From Eledone cirrhosa (taxonomy: Eukaryota): a DNA stretch of 64,000 bases. Positions 1 to 12,000 of this stretch are shown here, piece after piece. The first letter of the stretch is position 1, and every line of letters starts with the position of its first letter. The stretch spans positions 8,618,001 through 8,682,000 of the forward strand of contig OZ024752.1 of NCBI GenBank assembly GCA_964016885.1. The letters are read 5' to 3'. Both the position numbers and the translations under genes were made by a program. The notes beneath the pieces were generated by a model, which was not told the origin of the DNA, searched no databases, and saw only the letters and a list, made by a program, of their open reading frames with translations.

Positions 1-425
1 ACTAATGGTCGTAAGTACAAAGATTCCCACTAGCAATCAGAACAGACTAATGGTCGTAAGTACAAAGATTCCCACTAGCAATCAGAACAGACTAATGGTC
101 GTAAGTACAAAGATTCCCACTAGCAATCAGAACAGACTAATGGTCGTAAGTACAAAGATTCCCACTAGCAATCAGAACAGACTAATGGTCGTAAGTACAA
201 AGATTCCCACTAGCAATCAGAACAGACTAATGGTCGTAAGTACAAAGATTCCCACTAGCAATCAGAACAGACTAATGGTCGTAAGTAAAAGATTCCCACT
301 AGCAATCAGAACAGACTAATGGTCGTAAGTACAAAGATTCCCACTAGCAATCAGAACAGACTAATGGTCGTAAGTAAAAGATTCCCACTAGCAATCAGAA
401 CAGACTAATGGTCGTAAGTACAAAG
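1..425. repeat. 45-bp tandem minisatellite (ACTAATGGTCGTAAGTACAAAGATTCCCACTAGCAATCAGAACAG), about 9 copies, runs off window start
   Basis: Near-identical units at 1, 46, 91, 136 and onward; explains the repetitive ORF 5..319. Confidence 0.97.
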
Positions 426-515
426 TCCGCCCTTGGTAAAGAATGTCCCGCCAAACATAAACTAGTATTTAGTTCTTTCTTCTTTTATTTTTGTTTTCCT
501 CATCATATTGCACAT

Positions 516-810
516 GGAGGCCCGTGGCCTAGTGGTAAGGGTGTTGGACTTATGATCATAATGTCGTGGGTTCAACTCTTGGGCTAGGTTGTGTGTTGTG
601 TTCTTGAACAAGACACTTCATTTCATGGTGCTCCAGTATACTCAACTCAAAATGAGTACCAGCAATAGCTGGGAGTTTAACTCTGCGATGGACTGGCGTC
701 CTGTCCAGTGGGGAAGTATTGTACTCTCAGTCACTTCACACCACGGAAGCCAACATAAGCACCAGCCTAATGAGCCTCCGGGCTCGGGACAGACTTTAGA
801 CTCAGACTTA
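516..810 (+). mobile_element. tRNA-derived SINE family A (Meta/V-domain-like core)
   Basis: A box TGGCCTAGTGG, B box GGTTCAACTC, core TTCTTGAACAAGACACTT...GATGGACTGGCGTCCTGTCCAG; homologues at 1128, 23520, 24290, 44620, 54775, 55190, 58375, 60370. Confidence 0.8.
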
Positions 811-1127
811 GACATCATATTGCAGTCTCAGTTTCAGTGGTCTTATTCTCGCCAGTCACCAATCTGGTACTTTGTCAAACCTGCCAAGACTAGGCTTTTT
901 TTAGAGGCAGCCTTTACTAGCCTCATTGTAGCTACATCAATAGGTTGTAAGAGATTTCTTGGCAGCTACTAGCTCCCCTAACAGTTTACCACTGTTGGTC
1001 CGGGCTTGCTTATTTATCTGGCTGTAGCCCGCTTATATCACAACTAGCTATCATATCTGGTGGCCGTATCACTATCCGCCACCTGTGACCTGTTCTCTAG
1101 CAGAACAGCTCTGTATTTAGTAACTTT

Positions 1128-1480
1128 TGGCTTAGTGGTTAGAGCATTGGGCTTGCAATCGAAAGGTTGTGAGTTCAATTCTCGGACCGGGTGATGTGTT
1201 GTTTCCTTGAGCAAGACACTATATTTCATGTTGCTCCAGTTTACTCAGCTGTAGAAATGAGTTGTGATCCTACCAAATCAATGGGTGGCAGTAGTTCCAG
1301 CTGCACACATCGTAACACTGGTGTAGTGGTTCTGAGAACAATGCGGCTTTGTAGATGATCAATGCAAATTGACAATGGAAAGGCGCTCCCACTTGAGTTA
1401 GAAGAGAACTATTGACCTTTAGGAGAAGCAGAGACCCCTGATTGTATTCAGCAACCGAAACAAATACGAAGTACACCAAA
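1128..1480 (+). mobile_element. SINE family A variant
   Basis: TGGCTTAGTGGTTAGAGC A box, GAGTTCAATTC B box, CCTTGAGCAAGACACT core. Confidence 0.7.
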
Positions 1481-2029
1481 TCCACTTCTCCTAGGGGCGG
1501 CCCTGATTCTTCTTATTTGTGAGTGTAAACTCGGCCAGATTAGATTAGATTAGATAAATTATGACTAGACCACATTGGAGACAAAAGATAATCTGGAGGA
1601 GAAAGATGCCTATTATAGCAAGACAGAGGAGAGACATACGACATAGAGAAACAGTGGAATAATTTACTGAAGGTTACAGACAAAGTCTGCGACTGGTGCA
1701 AAGGTCTCGTTACGATGAAGAGTAACATAGTGGTTGAATAGTAGGGTGGTTGTGATGATTAAAGCTAATGAACAGGCATAGAAGGATTGGAAGAATAGGG
1801 GAAGCAGAGAGAGAGGTACGAGGTGCAATGGTGGGGGAATAGTAGGGACAGGCATAGAAGGACTGGAAGATCAGGGGAAGCAGGGAACAATACTAAAAAG
1901 CTGAGAGAGAGCCAGGTACGAGGTGCACCTAGCATGAGGTGAAGTAGAATATAAGAGGTTTACAGAGATCATAGCTGTGAGGAGGTGACTGTAAGAGGAG
2001 AGGTACTACTGTGGAGTTTAGAAGATAAG

Positions 2030-2415
2030 GTAATAATGGTGGGATGAGAGGGGGAGGAGGAGGGTGGTGCTGGGGAGGATGAGGAGGAGGGTGGTGATGG
2101 GGATGAGAGACGAGGATGATGAGGTGGAGGAGGAGGGGGGAGAACGGGAGGAGGGGTAGAGAAAGGGGAGGATGGGGTAGAGAAAGGGGAGGAGAGGAAC
2201 TAGAAAGGGGAGGAGGGGGAAGAGAAGGAGAAGGCAGTTGAAGTGGATGAGGAGGGTGGGTAGGAGGAGGAGGTGGGAGAGAAAGAGGAGGAGGGGGTAG
2301 AGAAAGAGGAGGAGGGGAAGAGAAAGGGAGGAGGAGGAGGGGGAAGAGAGGGGAGGAGAAGGAAGTTGAAGAGGGTGGGGAGGAACAGGAGGAAGAGGAA
2401 GAGGAGAGACGAGAA
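2030..2415 (+). repeat. Purine-rich (GGA/GAG) low-complexity tract
   Basis: Almost only G and A on + strand; source of spurious Pro/Ser ORFs. Confidence 0.9.
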
Positions 2416-2569
2416 GTCAAATGACATATTTATTGAAAATTGCGAGTATAAAATAGAGTTAACTCCCTTACATTAAGGCAACACTGAGGAGACTATTGTA
2501 ACTCTTACAACAATAAAGAATGCGACAATTCAGCGAGAGTTATGTCCCTTAGACGTGGGACACCTTTTG

Positions 2570-2762
2570 ATTGACAGAATTAGTAGAGCGTCGGACAACA
2601 TGCTTTGTGACATAGAGTTACTTCTCTTTACGGTCTGGGTTCAAATCCCACCGAGGTTAGCGTTGCCTTTCATCCAATAAAATAAAGTACCAGTAATGCA
2701 CTGGGGTCGATTTAAACCTCCCTCAAATTTGTTGGCCTTGTGCCTAAATCAGAAACCATTAT
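2570..2762 (+). mobile_element. tRNA-derived SINE family B (GCCTTTCATCC...GTCGATAAAATAAAGTACCAG core)
   Basis: GTTCAAATCC B box and shared core/3' tail GGCCTTGTGCCTAAA; more than 14 copies in the window. Confidence 0.75.
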
Positions 2763-2844
2763 TACATATACATAGGTTATATCGTTACACCTTGTGAAGG
2801 TGCGTCGTTGAGGGGCTATTGTGTTCGGCTATAGTCATGAATCT

Positions 2845-3487
2845 CGGGTAATGACCGAAAGAATACGATCGCGAATATAAGCGGCCGAAATGGGGTTCCT
2901 CCGAACGGTCCTTGGAGTAACATTACACGATAGAGGGAATAGCTTGGAAACCAGAGAGTCACTCTAGGTAGAACCGCTACTTCTCCGAATTGAGAGATCA
3001 CAGCTCCGATACTACGGGCATGTGGTTAGAATGTCTGAGGAAAGAATCTCTGAATTGAGAGATCACAGCTCCGATATTACGGGCATGTGGTTAGAATGTC
3101 TGAGGAAAGAATCTCTGAATTGAGAGATCACAGCTCCGATATTACGGGCATGTGGTTAGAATGTCTGAGGAAAGAATCGCTGGAGAGATTTTACGGGCCA
3201 AACCAACCAACAGGAGACCCAGTGGTAGATCCCGAGCAAGATGGTTGGATAACATCCATGAGCTTGGCTGGTCAAGCTTGAGGATACAGCCGGATCAGTT
3301 GGAGACAGTTGTTTCTGACATGACTCACTGGAAGGAGTGTTTGAGGATACTGTCCTCATGACACTCTCAGGAATAAGTGGGCAAAAAAGAAGAAGAAGAA
3401 GAAGAAGAAGAAGAAGAAGAAGAAGAAGATGAAGAAGAAGAAGAAGAAGAAGAAGAAGAAGAAGAAGAAGAAGAAGAAGAAGAAGAA

Positions 3488-3490
<3 letters not shown>
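2845..3490 (+). mobile_element. RTE-clade LINE 3' fragment with internal tandem duplication and (GAA)n tail
   Basis: Translates ..LRIERSQLRYYGHVVRMSEERIAGEIL..RRPSGRSRARWLDNI, the RTE C-terminal motif; homologues at 7850-8195 and 47575-47850. Confidence 0.8.
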
Positions 3491-3519
<29 letters not shown>

Positions 3520-3536
3520 GTAATAATAATAATAAT

Positions 3537-3990
3537 CGATCAGGTGAAGGTGCTATGGGATTTAGGATACAGACAGACAAAAAATTAGAACACAATAGGC
3601 CTGACCTGGTGGTTTTGGACAAGGAAAAAAGATCGTGCCTGATTGTAGATGCAGCCTGCCCATTTGACACGAGAGTGCAAGAAAAGGAGAGGGAGAAAAT
3701 TAACCGATACCAGGACTTAAAGTGGGAGTTAAAAAGGACTTGGAACTGCCATGAAATCAAGGTCGTTCCGATTGTCATAGGCACACTAGGTACTATCTCA
3801 AAGAGTTTCCAAGGATGGTTAAAGAAGATTAGTCCAGCCCCGCTTTTTGGAACACTTCAAAAGGCATGCTTTCTGGGAACAGCAAGAACCCTCTGATACG
3901 TCCTGAATATCTGAGGCTGCAGGTAGCGGCTTGATATTCATTTCAACAAACTTTCCAGTTAAATAACATCAATGACTGAGACTCAAATAA
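3537..3990 (+). mobile_element. R4/Dong-clade non-LTR retrotransposon 3' end (restriction-like endonuclease) within (TAA)n
   Basis: ORF 3429..3896: TDKKLEHNRPDLVV..IVDAACPFD..EKINRYQDLKWELKRTW..VVPIVIGTLG (PD-(D/E)xK REL); flanked by AAT repeats on both sides. Confidence 0.85.
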
Positions 3991-4004
3991 CAATAATAAT
4001 AATA

Positions 4005-5930
4005 ATGATTTCTTTATTGGCCACAAGGGCTGACATCAAGAAAAACATTACAGACGGCACAGGACGGTACGATGTGGATTTTGTTCGTGTAAAGATTTTT
4101 ATTATTTATATAAGAAAAGAAAAAGAAAAAGACATAGAAACATAAATATATATAAACAATAAAAATGAAAATTGAAACAATGAAGAATTCCCCAATAAGG
4201 GGGAAACCTCCGAGGGTTACTCGTGGCGAAAACCACACAAAAGACCACGGCCACCCTGACCACCAGGGCAAGCGCCCTCTCTCAATTTTTCCATTTCTCA
4301 AACTACAGGCGTATATTCAGAGCGTTCACTCGGACCATTCTCGCTACATTCACCCACTTTTCAACAAACTTGCTAGAAGGCAGCACTTGCCTCTCCACCC
4401 TTATTTTCCTCTTCAAGTGAAACTTGAAAAAGTTAATTAGGGACTCGCCGAAGAGGAAAGTATCTGTCTTTAACCCTTTCAACCTTGTCCACCACACAAT
4501 CTCTTTCGCCATGGCCACCAGGCAGATGAAAACCGCCTGCCCTTCCTCATCGAAGGAAGACGGAGAGACCATCTGCACAATGGACTCAGTCGATAACCGG
4601 ATCAGTCCTACACGCGACAGCAACTGTTCGACATAGCTCCACAAGTCAGCAATGCTCAGACACTGAACGAGTGCGTGTACGACGGTTTCGTCGCTCTGCG
4701 CGCATCTCGGACAGGCTCGGCTGTCGGTACTTCTGTGCCAGTAGAGCTTATCTCGAACCGGCAACGCTCCCCGGTAGCACTGCCAGGCCAGGGATTTTTG
4801 GAAGTTATCCATAGGCCCCGGGCTGAAAGTTCTCTTGAAGAGAGCAAACAGCTGATCTTCTTCGACGCCCAGGATCTCTACGAGAACGTCGTCGCTCTTC
4901 CCCTCCACTAGTCTTCTATAGAATGCCGAGGTGGATGTTCCACCGATACTGGTGCCCAGCTGGCAGAGGGCAGTGAGCGCCTGGAGACATTCCAGTTTGC
5001 AAGCGCTATCCCTCGGTCTTTTCCTGACCCAGGACTGCAGCTCCGTCAAGGAGACGAGCTGTGGGAAAGCGTGCCTGGTGAGCGGCGACCACACCTGTTC
5101 ACCGTCAAAGAAGAACCAGAGATGTCGCAGCCTCAGCGCATGTTTGCGCATCAACAGCCATGGCATGCCCAGTCCTCCACGCAACGGGTATTGACAGCAG
5201 ATGGATCGTCTGACCATGGGAGCGCGTCCCTTCCACAAAAAGCGGAAGAGGAGGCGCTCCATTTTGGTGAGAGTTGGGCCGGGGCAAGGGACGACGGTGA
5301 GGCGGTAGCAGATGACGGATGCGATGTACGCATTCGCCACCTCCGCCAGGCCTTTCAGGGACAGCTTCTTCTCGGCCCATTTCTGGGTGAAGGAGGCCAC
5401 CTTGCTCGTCACCTCGCTCCAGTTTTTCTCCATCTGGAGGTCCGGCCCGAACCAGCCCCCGAGCAATTTTAGCGGTCCGTCCGTCCAACGCCCCACGACG
5501 CTGTCGGACGGCATGGACTTGCCTCTCCAGGTGCCGAACTGCAAGCTCACCGACTTTTTCTGGTTTATCTTTGCTCCTGTCACCGCTTCGTATTCCTTGA
5601 GAGCGGTGCCGACTCGGATTTCCCGCATCCTAGTTCGCGTGGGACGAGAGCCAATACGTACAAGAGGGATGTGAGGGGACAAGCGCATGATGCTGAACGG
5701 CTGCGACAGGTGACCGTTCACCCTCACAACTGCGCAGATGTTGCTGTACATCGCAGCGATCCAACTCCTGAAAACGGGCCCGAAACCGGCTGCCTCGAGG
5801 ACCGCCGCCAGGTACCGATGGTCGACCCTATCGAATGCTTTGGATTGATCCAAGTTGATCAGGGCCCCAGCCGTGCCAGGTTCCTTAACCACCCTCTCTA
5901 TGATGTATCGCATGAGGTGGAGGTTGTCGT
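4005..5930 (-). mobile_element. L1/Tx1-clade LINE ORF2 (RT plus zf-RVT), 5'-truncated with internal deletion, and 3' UTR
   Basis: ORF 4303..5913: LINLDQSKAFDRVDH, RGGLG, CPRC..ETVVHALVQC; QG/YADD region missing; AATAAA (minus strand) near 4014. Confidence 0.9.
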
Positions 5931-6342
5931 TATCTGACCAAAATGTGCGCGTGTTGCTCGAACCCGAGCAGATGTGTGAAGCTTTTCAGCAGCACTTTGC
6001 TGAACTGTTCGGGAGCAGCGGCGGGCCGGATCGGGGCATGGACTTCAGTGCATACCTCGACGGACTGCCTCGGCTCTCGACGACCGCAGCACAGTGTTGC
6101 GAAAAGCCAATAACAGCCGGTGAAATATGGGAAGCGATGGCTAACTGCACGAGGGGTAAATCGCCAGGTTTGGATGGTCTGCCCTACGAGCTTTATGCAT
6201 TTATGCCAGACTTGTTCGATGACCTCTTTGCAGCCGTCTACTGCAACTGGCAGCAGAACGGGAGCATTCCCAGTTTTGTGAGCCGAGGAGCGGTGGCGCT
6301 GTTGAGAAAAGACTCGAACAAGGGGGATGTTATCGATAACTT
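5931..6342 (+). mobile_element. Inverted upstream ORF2 segment of the same L1/Tx1 element
   Basis: PITAGEIWEAM..GKSPGLDGLPYELY..GAVALLRKDSNKGDVIDN is the pre-RT region, in opposite orientation to 4005-5930. Confidence 0.85.
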
Positions 6343-6454
6343 AAGAGTACACGTGTCTGTGCAATGCTTAACCACGGGCATAATAAAATGTGTCATGGGT
6401 ATGTACCACGGGTATGTGTCATGGGTATGTGCCATGGGTATGTGACATTTACCA

Positions 6455-6800
6455 GACACACACACACATACACATGTACTGACACACTCACACACGCACT
6501 GACACAGACACACACATACAGAAACATACACACTCACACAGACACAGACACACACACATACAGAAACACGCACACTCACACAGACACATATACAGACACA
6601 CACACATACACACACACAGGCGCACTCACACTCACACAGAGACAGACACACATACACACAGACACACTCACACACACGCATACACACACTCATACATACA
6701 TACACACACTGAGGCATACAAAGACACCCATACACACACTCACGCATACAGACACACACACATACATACAAACACACACACACACACATACAAACACACT
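6455..6800. repeat. (CA)n-derived microsatellite
   Basis: Direct reading. Confidence 0.95.
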
Positions 6801-7344
6801 ATATCAAATTGAATCTTCCTGAGAGTTACATTAAAGTTATAAAAATTGGAAATATGCTAAACTCCTCACGTAACATAATAATCGCCGTTTGAAGAAGACT
6901 GGGTTATCTCCCTTTCCCCAGTAATTCTTTTTGTTTTCTCAAATTTTCCCCAATTGAAAGAAAAGCAGACGATATCCACGAGAACTTTGTGGATATTTTG
7001 ACTGGTAAATTTTCTAAATTTTATATTGTAACATTTTAATACCAAATATGCTTTTAATATTGAAGGTGGCTTCAAATTGTTTTTGACGTGTCATGGTAGG
7101 AACGAAGGAAACAAAACAAAACAAAACAAAAAAGGTTACGAATCCCTGTTCTACATTATTTTGTGTGCCTCACCACCTCGTGTCTTCGTATCTATCTGTC
7201 TGTCTGTCCGTCTGTCTGTCTGTCTGTCTGTCTGTCTGCCTGTCTGTCTATCTGTCTTTCTGCCTCTCTGTCTGTGTATCTATCTGTCTGTCTGTCTATC
7301 TATCTGTCCGTCCGTCCGTCCGTCTGTCTGTCTGTCTGTCTATA

Positions 7345-7670
7345 GGTAGAGTGTCGGACACTATGCTTTACGGTCTGAGTTCAAATCCCGCTGAGGTTAA
7401 CTTTGCCTTTCACTTTCAACCTTACAGGGTCGATAAAATAATCACCACTGATAAAATGATATCTGATTTAGGCCAACAGTTTTTGGGCGAGGGTAAAATT
7501 GATTAAATCGACCTCAGTGCATTACTGGTACTTTATTGTACCGACCCCGTAAGGATGAAAGGCAAAGCTAACTTTGGCGGGATTTGAACTCAGAAGGTAA
7601 AGGGCCGTGACTCCATACTGCAAAGCATGGTGTCCGACGTTCAACCGATTCTGTCAATTCACCGCCCTAA
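7345..7670. mobile_element. Two SINE family B fragments (+ 7345-7445; - 7490-7670)
   Basis: GAGTTCAAATCCCGCTGAGGTTAAC and its reverse complement GGATGAAAGGCAAAG..GGGATTTGAACTC. Confidence 0.75.
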
Positions 7671-7849
7671 CCGACCCCCCTCCCCCCACAGCTATGATAT
7701 TGTCTGGTTCTGCTGTGGCTTTTGGGACTCTGGTTTAGCTAGGTTATAGATGATGTACGGTAGGTATGAAGATGTCATTCGAGATTATGAGGACTAGCAT
7801 TTGTAAAGTTAGTTAAGATTTTTGTTATAAGTTCTTGAATAAGGAAGAT

Positions 7850-8195
7850 GTTACGGTAATGACCGAAAGAATACGATCGCGAATATAAATGGTTCTTGGA
7901 GTAATGTTACTCGATAGAGTGTGTTCCTCGGAGATTAGAGAGTCACTCCAGGTAGAGCCGTTACTTCTCCGAATTGAGAGATCACAGATCCGATACTATG
8001 GGTATGTGGTTAGAATGGGGTTCCTCCGAAGGGTCTTTGGAGTAACTTTACTTGATAGTGTGTATAGCTCGGAGATCAGAGACTTACTCCAGGTAGAGCC
8101 GCTACTTTTCCGAATTGAGAGATCACAGATCCGATGCTATGGGCATGTGGTTAGAATGTCTCAGGAAAGTATCGCTGGACAGATTTTACTGGCAG
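7850..8195 (+). mobile_element. RTE LINE fragment with internal duplication
   Basis: ORF 7889..8278: two copies of GVTLLD..SSEIR..LQVEPLL.RIERSQIR.YGHVVRM. Confidence 0.75.
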
Positions 8196-8316
8196 ACATG
8201 GCTACTTTTCCTGTCAATGCTGTTAGTGTTTACTATCTTGCGGGATATAAACCCATGTATTACTTTCTGCTGAGATAAAGAGTGCTTCTCCAAGTTTCTC
8301 TTTAAGGGGATTAGTT

Positions 8317-8780
8317 CAGCTACCCTTGGTTCACCTCTCCGTTTAGTGTCACTGTTGATGTACAGTTACCATTGGGTCACCACTCCTGTTTAGTGTCACT
8401 GTTGATGTTCAGTTACCATTGGGTCACCACTCCTGTTTAGTGTCACCGTTGATGTTCAGTTACCATTGGGTCACCACTCCTGTTTAGTGTCACCGTTGAT
8501 GTTCAGTTACCATTGGGTCACCACTCCTGTTTAGTGTCACCGTTGATGTTCAGTTACCATTGGGTCACCACTCCTGTTTAGTGTCACCGTTGATGTTCAG
8601 TTACCATTGGGTCACCACTCCTGTTTAGTGTCACCGTTGATGTTCAGTTACCATTGGGTCACCACTCCTGTTTAGTGTCACTGTTGATGTATAGTTACCA
8701 TTGGGTCACCACTTCTGTTTAGTGTCACTGTTGATGTACAGCTACCATTGGGTCACCACTCCTGTGTCACTGTTGATGTG
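8317..8780. repeat. 47-bp tandem minisatellite, about 9-10 copies
   Basis: Unit GTTTAGTGTCACCGTTGATGTTCAGTTACCATTGGGTCACCACTCCT at 8341, 8388 and onward. Confidence 0.95.
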
Positions 8781-8809
8781 GTTGTCAACATTGATAGTTC
8801 AGCAATAAA

Positions 8810-9003
8810 ACTTAAAGGTCAGACTGCTTCGTGATCCCGGCAGACATGATGGAGAAGACTTTGCCCAGGAGGATGGCGAGGGAGACGCGCTGGAACAGCC
8901 ACTCCATCTCACGGGGCTCGCACTTGCAGATAGCCAATTACTTTCCGATAGCAGCGAGAAGGGATTTAGTCCAGAGGACAAGAACACCGGAAGTCTCCAT
9001 TGT
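8810..9003 (-). mobile_element. CRE-clade non-LTR retrotransposon 3' fragment
   Basis: Minus frame reads METSGVL..CEPREMEWLFQRVSLAILLGKVFSIMSAG, homologous to the 41146..41595 ORF C-terminus. Confidence 0.8.
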
Positions 9004-12000
9004 CACGGAAGTCTCTCATTGCCACTGAAGTCTCTCATTGCCACTGAAGTCTCTCATTGCCACGGAAGTCTCTCATTGCCACTGAAGTCTCTCATTGCCA
9101 CGGAAGTCTCTCATTGCCACTGAAGTCTCTCATTGCCACTGAAGTCTCTCATTGCCACTGAAGTCTCTCATTGCCACTGAAGTCTCTCATTGCCACAGAA
9201 GTCTCTCATTGCCACTGAAGTCTCTCATTGCCACTGAAGTCTCTCATTGCCACTGAAGTCTCTCACTGCCGCGGAAGTCTCTCATTGCCACGGAAGTCTC
9301 TCATTGCCACTGAAGTCTCTCATTGCCACTGAAGTCTCTCAATGCCACTGAAGTCTCTCACTGCCACGGAAGTCTCTCATTGCAACGGAAGTCTCTCATT
9401 GCCACTGAAGTCTCTCATTGCCACTGAAGTCTCTCAATGCCACTGAAGTCTCTCATTGCCACGGAAGTCTCTCATTGCCACTGAAGTCTCTCATTGCCAC
9501 TGAAGTCTCTCATTGCCACGGAAGTCTCTCATTGCCACGGAAGTCTCTCATTGCCACTGAAGTCTCTCACTGCCACTGAAGTCTCTCACTGCCACGGAAG
9601 TCTCTCATTGCCACTGAAGTCTCTCACTGCCACGGAAGTCTTTCACTGCCACGGAAGTCTCTCATTGCCACGGAAGTCTCTCATTGCCACTGAAGTCTCT
9701 CATTGCCACTGAAGTCTCTCATTGCCACGGAAGTCTCTCATTGCCACTGAAGTCTCTCATTGCCACTGAAGTCTCCCACTGCCACTGAAGTCTCTCACTG
9801 CCACTGAAGTCTCTCACTGCCACGGAAGTCTCTCATTGCCACTGAAGTCTCTCATTGCCACTGAAGTCTCTCATTGCCACGGAAGTCTCTCATTGCCACG
9901 GAAGTCTCTCATTGCCACTGAAGTCTCTCACTGCCACTGAAGTCTCTCACTTCCACGGAAGTCTCTCATTGCCACTGAAGTCTCTCATTGCCACGGAAGT
10001 CTCTCATTGCCACGGAAGTCTCTCATTGCCACGGAAGTCTCTCACTGCCACGGAAGTCTCTCACTGCCACTGAAGTCTCTCATTGCCACTGAAGTCTCTC
10101 ATTGCCACTGAAGTCTCTCACTGCCACGGAAGTCTCTCACTGACACGGAAGTCTCTCATTGCCACTGAAGTCTCTCATTGTCACGGAAGTCTCTCATTGC
10201 CACTGAAGTCTCTCATTGCCACGGAAGTCTCTCATTGCCACGGAAGTCTCTCACTGCCACGGAAGTCTCTCATTGCCACTGAAGTCTCTCATTGCCACGG
10301 AAGTCTCTCATTGACACGGAAGTCTCTCACTGCCACGGAAGTCTCTCATTGCCACGGAAGTCTCTCACTACCACGGAAGTCTCTCATTGCCACTGAAGTC
10401 TCTCATTACCACTGAAGTCTCTCATTGCCACTGAAGTCTCTCACTGCCACGGAAGTCTCTCACTGCCACGGAAGTCTCTCATTGCCACTGAAGTCTCTCA
10501 TTGCCACTGAAGTCTCTCATTGCCACTGAAGTCTCTCACTGCCACGGAAGTCTCTCACTGCCACTGAAGTCTCTCATTGCCACGGAAGTCTCTCACTGCC
10601 ACGGAAGTCTCTCACTGCCACGGAAGTCTCTCATTGCCACTGAAGTCTCTCATTGCCACTGAAGTCTCTCATTGCCACTGAAGTCTCTCACTGCCACGGA
10701 AGTCTCTCACTGCCACTGAAGTCTCTCATTGCCACTGAAGTCTCTCACTGCCACGGAAGTCTCTCACTGCCACGGAAGTCTCTCATTGCCACTGAAGTCT
10801 CTCATTGCCACTGAAGTCTCTCATTGCCACTGAAGTCTCTCACTGCCACGGAAGTCTCTCACTGCCACTGAAGTCTCTCATTGCCACTGAAGTCTCTCAT
10901 TGCCACTGAAGTCTCTCACTGCCACGGAAGTCTCTCATTGCCACTGAAGTCTCTCATTGCCACTGAAGTCTCTCACTGCCACGGAAGTCTCTCATTGCCA
11001 CTGAAGTCTCTCACTGCCACGGAAGTCTCTCATTGCCACTGAAGTCTCTCATTGCCACTGAAGTCTCTCATTGCCACGGAAGTCTCTCATTGCCACGGAA
11101 GTCTCTCACTGCCACGGAAGTCTCTCACTGCCACGGAAGTCTCTCACTGCCACGGAAGTCTCTCATTGCCACTGAAGTCTCTCATTGCCACTGAAGTCTC
11201 TCATTGCCACGGAAGTCTCTCATTGCCACGGAAGTCTCTCACTGCCACGGAAGTCTCTCACTGCCACGGAAGTCTCTCACTGCCACTGAAGTCTCTCACT
11301 GCCACTGAAGTCTCTCATTGCCACGGAAGTCTCTCATTGCCACGGAAGTCTCTCATTGTCACTGAAGTCTCTCATTGCCACGGAAGTCTCCATTGCCACG
11401 GAAGTCTCTCACTGCCACGGAAGTCTCTCATTGCCACTGAAGTCTCTCATTGCCACGGAAGTCTCTGACTGCCACGGAAGTCTCTCATTGCCACGGAAGT
11501 CTCCACTGCCACGGAAGTCTCTCACTGCCACGGAAGTCTCTCACTACCACGGAAGTCTCCACTGCCACGGAAGTCTCTCACTGCCACGGAAGTCTCTCAT
11601 TGCCACGGAAGTCTCTGACTGCCACGGAAGTCTCTCATTGCCACTGAAGTCTCTCATTGCCACGGAAGTCTTCACTGCCACTGAAGTCTCTCATTGCCAC
11701 GGAAGTCTCTGACTGCCACGGAAGTCTCTCATTGCCACGGAAGTCTCCACTGCCACGGAAGTCTCTCACTGCCACGGAAGTCTCTCACTACCACGGAAGT
11801 CTCTCATTGCCACGGAAGTCTTCACTGCCACGGAAGTCTCTCACTGCCACTGAAGTCTCTCATTGCCACGGAAGTCTTCACTGCCACGGAAGTCTCTCAC
11901 TGCCACTGAAGTCTCTCACTGCCACTGAAGTCTCTCATTGCCACGGAAGTCTCCACTGCCACGGAAGTCTCCACTGCCACGGAAGTCTCTCACTGCCACG

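Noticed and set aside
1-425. CRISPR-like appearance of the regular repeats (also 8317-8780 and 53190-53627)
   Set aside because: There are no unique spacers and no cas genes, and the context is eukaryotic.
516-600. Possible tRNA genes at SINE heads
   Set aside because: A/B boxes continue into SINE cores and the cloverleaves are degenerate, so these are SINE heads.
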